From contig OX597822.1 in the NCBI GenBank assembly GCA_951406725.2, positions 73,160,001 to 73,224,000 on the forward strand: a DNA stretch of 64,000 nt, read 5' to 3'. The position numbers were made by a program, and so were the translations under genes. The notes beneath the pieces were generated by a model that was not told where the DNA came from, made no database searches, and saw only the letters and a program-made list of their open reading frames with translations. This stretch comes from Octopus vulgaris. Its lineage: Eukaryota. Within the stretch, counting starts at the first letter, position 1. The number at the start of each line of letters is the position of its first letter. Positions 57,519 to 64,000 of this stretch are shown piece after piece.

Positions 57519-57520
<2 letters not shown>
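55675..57520 (-). mobile_element. Probable non-autonomous Penelope-derived element with hammerhead-like motif, GC-rich core and long cryptic (TG)-rich satellite
   Basis: Minus strand ccgacgaagagctccgctcgaaacgtca at ~55768-55795; CpG-rich block 56340-56540; ~1 kb of scrambled TG/TA repeats. Confidence 0.45.
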
Positions 57521-57559
<39 letters not shown>

Positions 57560-57562
<3 letters not shown>

Positions 57563-57937
57563 ATTGTATTGGCATCCTTTCTGTCTCGGGAGACAATGGA
57601 GTTGCGCATTTTTTTTTTTTTTTTCTAGGTCTAGTCCGGCTATTATATTTTATTTCCTGATACATTTCTTGCTGTGGCTGTGTAGTCCTATCCTGGACAA
57701 ACACTCCCTCTGGCAGGTACTGCAAATGTAGCGAAGACTGTTCCTGGCTGGTTGTAGTGCCATGGTCTCTTGTTTAGGTCTCTTCCTTTCTTTCCATTTC
57801 TCCTCTCTCTCTCTGTCACTCCTTTGTATACCCTCTTTTACTGTACGTCGCCATTCTCTACGGTTGCCGGCGACTGCCTCCCAACCGCTAATGTTGATGT
57901 TGCAGGCCTTCATATCCCTTTTGCAAACATCCTTGTA
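57560..57937 (-). mobile_element. RTE-clade LINE 3' end
   Basis: YKDVCKRDMKACNIN...WEAVAGNRREWR...CSTCQRECLSRIGLHSHSKKC; 3' end ccattgtctcccgagacagaaaggatgcc followed by an (AATAC)n tail. Confidence 0.88.
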
Positions 57938-58079
57938 TATATATATACAGCCACGCCTGCTCATATATATATATGCTTACAAAGAATAAGTCCTGAGGTT
58001 GATTTGTTTGACTAAAGACGTTGTTGAAGCATGGCCTCAGTCAAATGACTGAAAGAAGTAAAAGAATAAACGAATAAAA

Positions 58080-58174
<95 letters not shown>

Positions 58175-58988
58175 GACAGAGAGACAGACAGACAGAGATG
58201 TGAGAGCGATATTCAAAACATAATTATACTAACACATATATAAAAACATACAGATACACATACTTACATATGTATGTTTGTGTGTGTGCATGTTTGAGTA
58301 CACATGATATTCATATGGAACTTATCTCATCATTACAGTCTATCATGTATTTGTTCATGAGTGCCTGAGAGACAAAGAGGAAGAAAGAAAGAGACAGGGA
58401 GAGACAGCGAGAGACAGAGACAAAGAGACAGACATACAGACAAACAGCAAGAAAAGTTAAGAAATAAAGTCTGCTGTTGACTAAAAACTGTTCATAATCT
58501 TATATATTTTTCCAGAGAAATCCTTTTCCTACTAAATATTGATCTGTAACTTTTTCTAATATTGATTTCTGCCGCTTTAAATAGTATATATATGTATATT
58601 ATAATTTACTACCCATGCCAGGTACCGTTGTCTGGAGTTGTGTTTCAGCTGTACCAATTATCCATCTCGCTTTGTGTTCTTGTTTTAAAATATTTTACTC
58701 ACGCCTTTTATTTCCTTATAGTAAAAGCGACGTGAGTAAAATACCTTCCATTTGTGCGTTTTATTCTGCCAATACGAAGCAAATGTAAAGAGTTTATTAT
58801 AAATGTGGGGATATAATAGATAGTTAGTTGGCAGACACGACCTATCGTATAAAATGCTGGTATAAAAATTATAGCTTTTAGTAATGTTCTACAAACGTGA
58901 CATTACCTGTTTATGCAAGTTAAAATATATATTCGTAATAAAAAGGGATTATATACATACAATATATATGTATATATATGCATATATA

Positions 58989-59051
<63 letters not shown>

Positions 59052-59086
59052 GGAATAATTACTATGAAGCATTGTGTAGAATATAT

Positions 59087-59372
59087 TGTATAAAGCATCG
59101 TGGGTAAGGCCAGAACAATGCGAAGTAAATTCAAGGCAAATCACTAGAAAGCATATGAATTAATGCAGACTTACCTTGCATTTAGTATTTCAGGGTTATG
59201 AAGCTATTTTCAAGAAATTAACAAACGTTGCAGTTAATTTCTTGAAAATGGGGTCATATCCCCAAAATATTGAAAGCAAGGGAAGTCTACAGTAATTCAT
59301 ATATTTGTTTTCTTGAGATTTGCTTTGAATTTACTTCACATTATTCCGGCCTTACCCACGATCCTTTATACA
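59087..59372. repeat. ~285-bp imperfect palindrome (fold-back/MITE-like)
   Basis: tataaagcatcgtgggtaaggcc...ttttcaagaaattaac / gttaatttcttgaaaa...ggccttacccacgatcctttata with a ~10-nt loop. Confidence 0.85.
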
Positions 59373-59848
59373 TTATGTGTGTGTGTGTGTTTGTGTAATT
59401 AATTCCGGATAAACCGAGCTCGCGACACCCTCATTCACCAAATACCACACATCAGAGGAGGTTTAGTGAAAGTGTAGCAAAGTAAACACTGGTGCCTCAA
59501 AATGCCCACAGCTTTCGGGGCTGAAAGTTGAAAAGGAAAACTAAAGGATATTTATGTGTGTGTGTGTGTGCGTGTATGTATGCTTATATATAGAAATATA
59601 TACGGCAAGAAGAAAATGGAGGGAATACAGAGGTAGTATTCATCAGCTGTTAGACATTATATTATGTCTATTTATTTATTTTAAACAGTTCAGATAATAT
59701 ATATAAATACTTTATACTCAGTAGTGTAATTGCCACGCAATAACAAACATTTGTGTATTAATCAGATATTCTACCAGCAGTATTTTAGATAGATACTATC
59801 CCTTAGTTGGTTGGATTCACAACCTCTAACTCCCTTCGTTGTGATATC

Positions 59849-60082
59849 TAGGGTGTTCAAAAAGTCTCTCCGCAGTTAGTTTTTTCATCCTGCGCATCAC
59901 TATGGCGCTACTTAAAGAGTTTTTCGGTGAACGGATTATTTCGAAGGGACTTGGGCCACTAAGATCACTTGATTTAACACCGCCAGATTTTTTTTTTCTA
60001 GGGAGCAAGTAAAGGATCAGTGTACAAGAATCGCCCGAAAACCATTAAATACTTACTGCGGAGAGACTTTTTGAACACCCTG
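59849..60082 (+). mobile_element. Tc1/mariner deletion derivative (MITE)
   Basis: 27-bp perfect TIR agggtgttcaaaaagtctctccgcagt, TA at the right end; internal PLRSLDLTPPDFF remnant of WPxxSPDLxPxD. Confidence 0.85.
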
Positions 60083-60784
60083 TACCTTGTCTCTTCTCCA
60101 AAATCTTGTCTATAGCTGAAAGAATGTCAACCGCTGACGGTTGACCGGCCCTGGTATGTAGATGTATTTATGAACTTTGTGTAACATCCTGATGAGGGGA
60201 GTGTCATGGTTAGTAATATGAAATATGTCATATACCTGGCACATCTCTGAAATATTGCAGAGCATATAAGATGCGATGTTTATATTTTTTTTTTCGTTGG
60301 TTTTAATATATCTTTTTAATACTTAATCCTTTCAAGTTAAATTTTTAATTTCATCATACAATATACGATTTTAAATGTACTTACAAATGATATTTTCTTA
60401 AATTCAATCGTTTTTATTTAAATTCAATCGTGTTTTATGCAGTGCATTGATATTGTCTATTTATATATATTTGTGTATTTATGAATTTTATTTCAATTTT
60501 ATAGGGAATATATATATTTATATAAGTTTTCGATGCGTATTTCAATTATGTTCTTTTAGACTTCGCCTGTGTTGCCTCCATAATAATATTATTTCGAATA
60601 TAGCTCTCAACGCACACTACACTTTTCTTCTGTATTAATGCGAGTTATGGTTAATAAGAAGCTCTAATTACACTATATATTTCATATATGCATATCTCTT
60701 TTACTCTTTTACTTGTTGCAGTCATTTGACTGTGGCCATTATGGAGTACCGCCTTTTTGTCGAGCAAATCGACCCCAGGACTAT

Positions 60785-62872
60785 GATACAATTTAAAAAT
60801 CACTGGTGATGTTGGGGCTGACCTCACAACACATGAAGAAGCCCTTTCCTCCTCTTCCTCCTTCTTCAAATATCCTGGAAGGTTCGGGATACTCCTGATG
60901 GTCTTTGGATGCCTGTCCTTCAGTTTCCTGTAAAGGCCTTCCCCCATCCAGGCACATCTTTCCCTTAAGTCCTTGTACAGTTCAAACAGCGTGGTGGTGT
61001 GGTGATCTTTTACAATGTCCTCAATGTGTCATATTTTACTAGGGTTTTCGGTTCGTTATCGTTCGTTTTTTCCTTTTCTCCTTGTGGGACGTTGGAGTGG
61101 AGTCGTTTCTTTTTTTTTTTTCTTTTGGTGTGGTGCTTCCTTTTTCGTTTCTTTTGTGGGAGATGGGGATGGAGAAGGTGTGTGTGTTCGTTTCCGAACT
61201 GCTGTGAACTCCCCCTCAACCACCTCCATGGTGACGTCCAAGAGAGTTACATGTTCTGGTGCCACTTTAGAGAGGGTGGGTGCTTTTGACGTTGTTGGGA
61301 CTGGTGTATGAATGGGCTGGGGTTTTGGGGTGTCGTGTTTGGGGGTGGGCACCACAGATGGAGGAGTGGAAATTTTTGTTTCTGTAGGAGCTAATGTATG
61401 TGCAGGTTTGGGGTCTTTTTTGTAATTGAGGGGCCTGCTGTCTGCGCCACTTTTCTTTTCCATTGTCCACAGTCTGTACGGATGTGGCCTTTTTTGCCAC
61501 ATTCGTAACACGTTGGCTTTTTGCCCTCTACTTGTATTCTGAGGGTGATATCCTCACCCAAGTGCACCCTCTCTGGAAGCATTTCGATATCTTCCTGAGT
61601 TCCCTGAATAATGGCAGAAATGCTCTGCCCGAGCCAGTTTTGTGAGGCAGAGCGTGTGATCTGAAGGAAGGCGATTTTATCCGTGCCGTTATACAACAAG
61701 GCGGCCATCACCTCCCTTACATCAACTTCAGGTGGCACTTCTGTCACTCTTACTCGAGCACTTCGTCTCCCCATGTAGGTTGGCAGAAGTACTAACTCCT
61801 CGTTTTCAGGGGAATCACTGAGTGCTCTTGGGCTTTTACTTCTGTTTCAAATATGACCTCTATTGTGCCATAAGTACGGCCTCTCGCTATATACTTTATG
61901 TCTTCCCATATGGGAACCAGACATTTTTCAATTTTGCACTGCTCAAAGTGCTTAAATTTCTTTGTTGAAGGACAGTATGTTTTGAAAACAACTGTCCTTC
62001 TTTCAATTTTTCAACACTAGGTGAGGGTGATAAGATTTTTTTATATCACCCACCTCCTCTTTCATTTTCTCAAAAGCTCAGAGAGCTTTTCCTTTGGTAA
62101 TTCGACGTTTTCAGTAGCCACCGCGGTAACTGCTGAAAATTTCTTAACTGGCACTTCCAGCGAATTTTTCTCTGAAATTATTTCGACCGACATATACGTT
62201 CGAAATAAATTTATACACAATTTAAACCCAGAAAGCGGGAAACCTATAATTTTTTGCTATTCTTTTCCTCTCAACGAGGACAACAGTTCAAATCCCACCC
62301 CTGTTGGGTGGCGAGACGTAACAACAAAGCCTACAATGGTCGAAATTAAATTTTTCACACAATAATAAAAATACGGTATCCCAAAAACAGAAAACCTATA
62401 ATAGGTTTCTTTTTTCTTTTTCTCACAACGAGGACAACAGTTCAAATCTTACCCCCGCTGGGGGCGGGGTGCCACAATATAGTCTGCAACGGCTAAAATT
62501 AAATTTTTCACATGATAATAAATTGATTATCTCAAAAAACGGGAAACCTATAATATTTTTTTCCTCTTAATGAGGATAACAGTTCAAATCCCAGCCCCGC
62601 TGGGGGGCGGAGCATGACAATAAAGCCTACAACGGCTTTGACAAGTTCAATATTTCAACAATTCACAACTGCAAAAATGGCTTTACACAAACAATATCTT
62701 TCTCCCGTCACCGGGAAAAAGCACAAAAATTTTCAAAGTTTAACAGTTCAACAATTTTCAACAGTTCGAAAATGTTCAACAATAAACAGTCAAGAATTCC
62801 AACAGAAAAAATAATCCAAGGTTCAACAAAACGTTTGACCCAACGCCAAAAAACACGTCAAACCACGAGGCA
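60785..62872 (-). mobile_element. 5' part of an L1/Tx1-like LINE: 5' UTR with tandem monomers and frameshifted gag-like ORF1 (~62193-60800)
   Basis: CCHC knuckle CYECGKKGHIRTDC (61469-61510), RRM-like N-terminal half, Pro/Thr/Lys-rich tail; several stops and frameshifts; ORF2 absent. Confidence 0.75.
62236..62640. repeat. ~152-bp tandem repeat x ~2.7 in the LINE 5' UTR
   Basis: gaaacctataat at ~62240, 62391 and 62543; gagga.aacagttcaaatc appears three times. Confidence 0.85.
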
Positions 62873-63022
62873 GGTAAGCAAGCAATTTACTACACAGCCA
62901 CTCCTGCGCCTATAAACTTTTAGTAAGACCCCCTTAAGGCAGGCCCTAAGTGAGAGTGAAACCTGCATAGGATGTTCTGTTACTAATTTTAAACACTATT
63001 ACCTACTGGACCACCAAAGCAG

Positions 63023-63099
<77 letters not shown>

Positions 63100-63441
63100 A
63101 TTATGTATTTATATATACACAAATATATACAAACACACGCACACACTCATATATATATATATATAAATGCGGGAACTAATTTCTGTGTGTCAGTGTGTCA
63201 CATTCAATGACACTTCCTCGCGCTAGGATGAGAGTTATAATAGGCATAAAGACGGTGTGGGCTGTGGCGAAGACAGAGAGGGAGTAATAAGAGAAAGAGA
63301 GAGAGTAGGTCTGTGAGAGAAAGAGGGAGATTATGTACAACTTTACTGAACAGAAATTCCTGTACCCAGCATAATGAACCAACTACTGAACGCTATAAAT
63401 TTTGTTTTATATTTTGCTTTCTTTAATGCATACATATATGT

Positions 63442-63486
<45 letters not shown>

Positions 63487-63536
63487 TGTCTGTGTGTACA
63501 TACACACTAAAATATAGTTCCCCATAATTAAACATA

Positions 63537-63913
63537 TCTAATAAATGGGAATGTCAGTGTGTCAGTGTGTCACACTATTTCAACTTTACTCCTAGAGGCA
63601 GGAGCCCAACATATCATGACATTTTAGAATCAGGCTGACACTGTGAGTAAATAAAAAAAAATTCCAGGCCGAATCTGGACCTGCAATCCTGAAATCTTGG
63701 GGTTCTGTGTTTTCATTACTGCGACTGTTTTCGGCGAATTTTTTTTCACATGAATTTTAACGACGAATATGATCATCATCGAGATTTGGCTGTGAAGGAA
63801 GCAATTTCAACAAATTTTCCAAAACAGGTCAAAGATCTGCTTGTAGATCTTCCCATTTGGAGTTAGTTGCTTAAAAGCTACATACTAGACCGATAAGGCG
63901 GCTTTTAAGCTAG
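63537..63913 (+). mobile_element. Complete-looking non-autonomous Helitron (~377 bp)
   Basis: A|TC 5' end, gtcagtgtgtcagtgtgtcac near the 5' end, subterminal inverted repeat gcttaaaagc/gcttttaagc with ccg..cgg hairpin, CTAG|T 3' end. Confidence 0.65.
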
Positions 63914-64000
63914 TATATGTACTGATAATTTACAAAAACAAAAACAAAAGACGGGTGTGTAAAGAACAAACATACGTATTAGTTTAACGCTCGGGTGTGA

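Noticed and set aside
55744-57725. Three long overlapping His/Thr-rich ORFs (370-459 aa)
   Set aside because: They are open in all three minus frames because CA-rich satellite lacks stop codons; no domain is recognisable.

Overview
Eukaryotic, AT-rich, microsatellite-saturated DNA ((TA)n, (CA)n, (GATA)n, (TATG)n). The SINE families and repeat landscape point to a coleoid cephalopod, most likely Octopus (inference). I found no intact host protein-coding gene, so the window is intergenic or lies in a very large intron, and most ORF-track entries are translated microsatellites. Recognisable coding relics: a disrupted Helitron RepHel (6.2-7.4 kb; 3' hairpin+CTAG end at 10286); a CR1-group LINE RT (10.4-11.9 kb); RTE, R4/Dong-like and L1/Tx1-like LINE fragments; mariner/Tc1 relics and MITEs; and an intronless phospholipase D1/2 pseudogene (47.06-47.63 kb). 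At least five SINE families are interspersed. The most interesting non-coding signal is a set of type I hammerhead-ribozyme motifs in Penelope-like/retrozyme-like elements: a near-perfect ~165-bp inverted repeat with mirror-image hammerheads (21.28-21.68 kb) and a small hammerhead element bounded by (TA)n (21.76-21.99 kb). Also notable are a SINE/LINE shared 3' stem-loop, a SINE-head/Tx1-ORF1/SINE-tail chimera, and an RTE C-terminus with three C2H2 fingers. All family assignments are by eye, without database searches.
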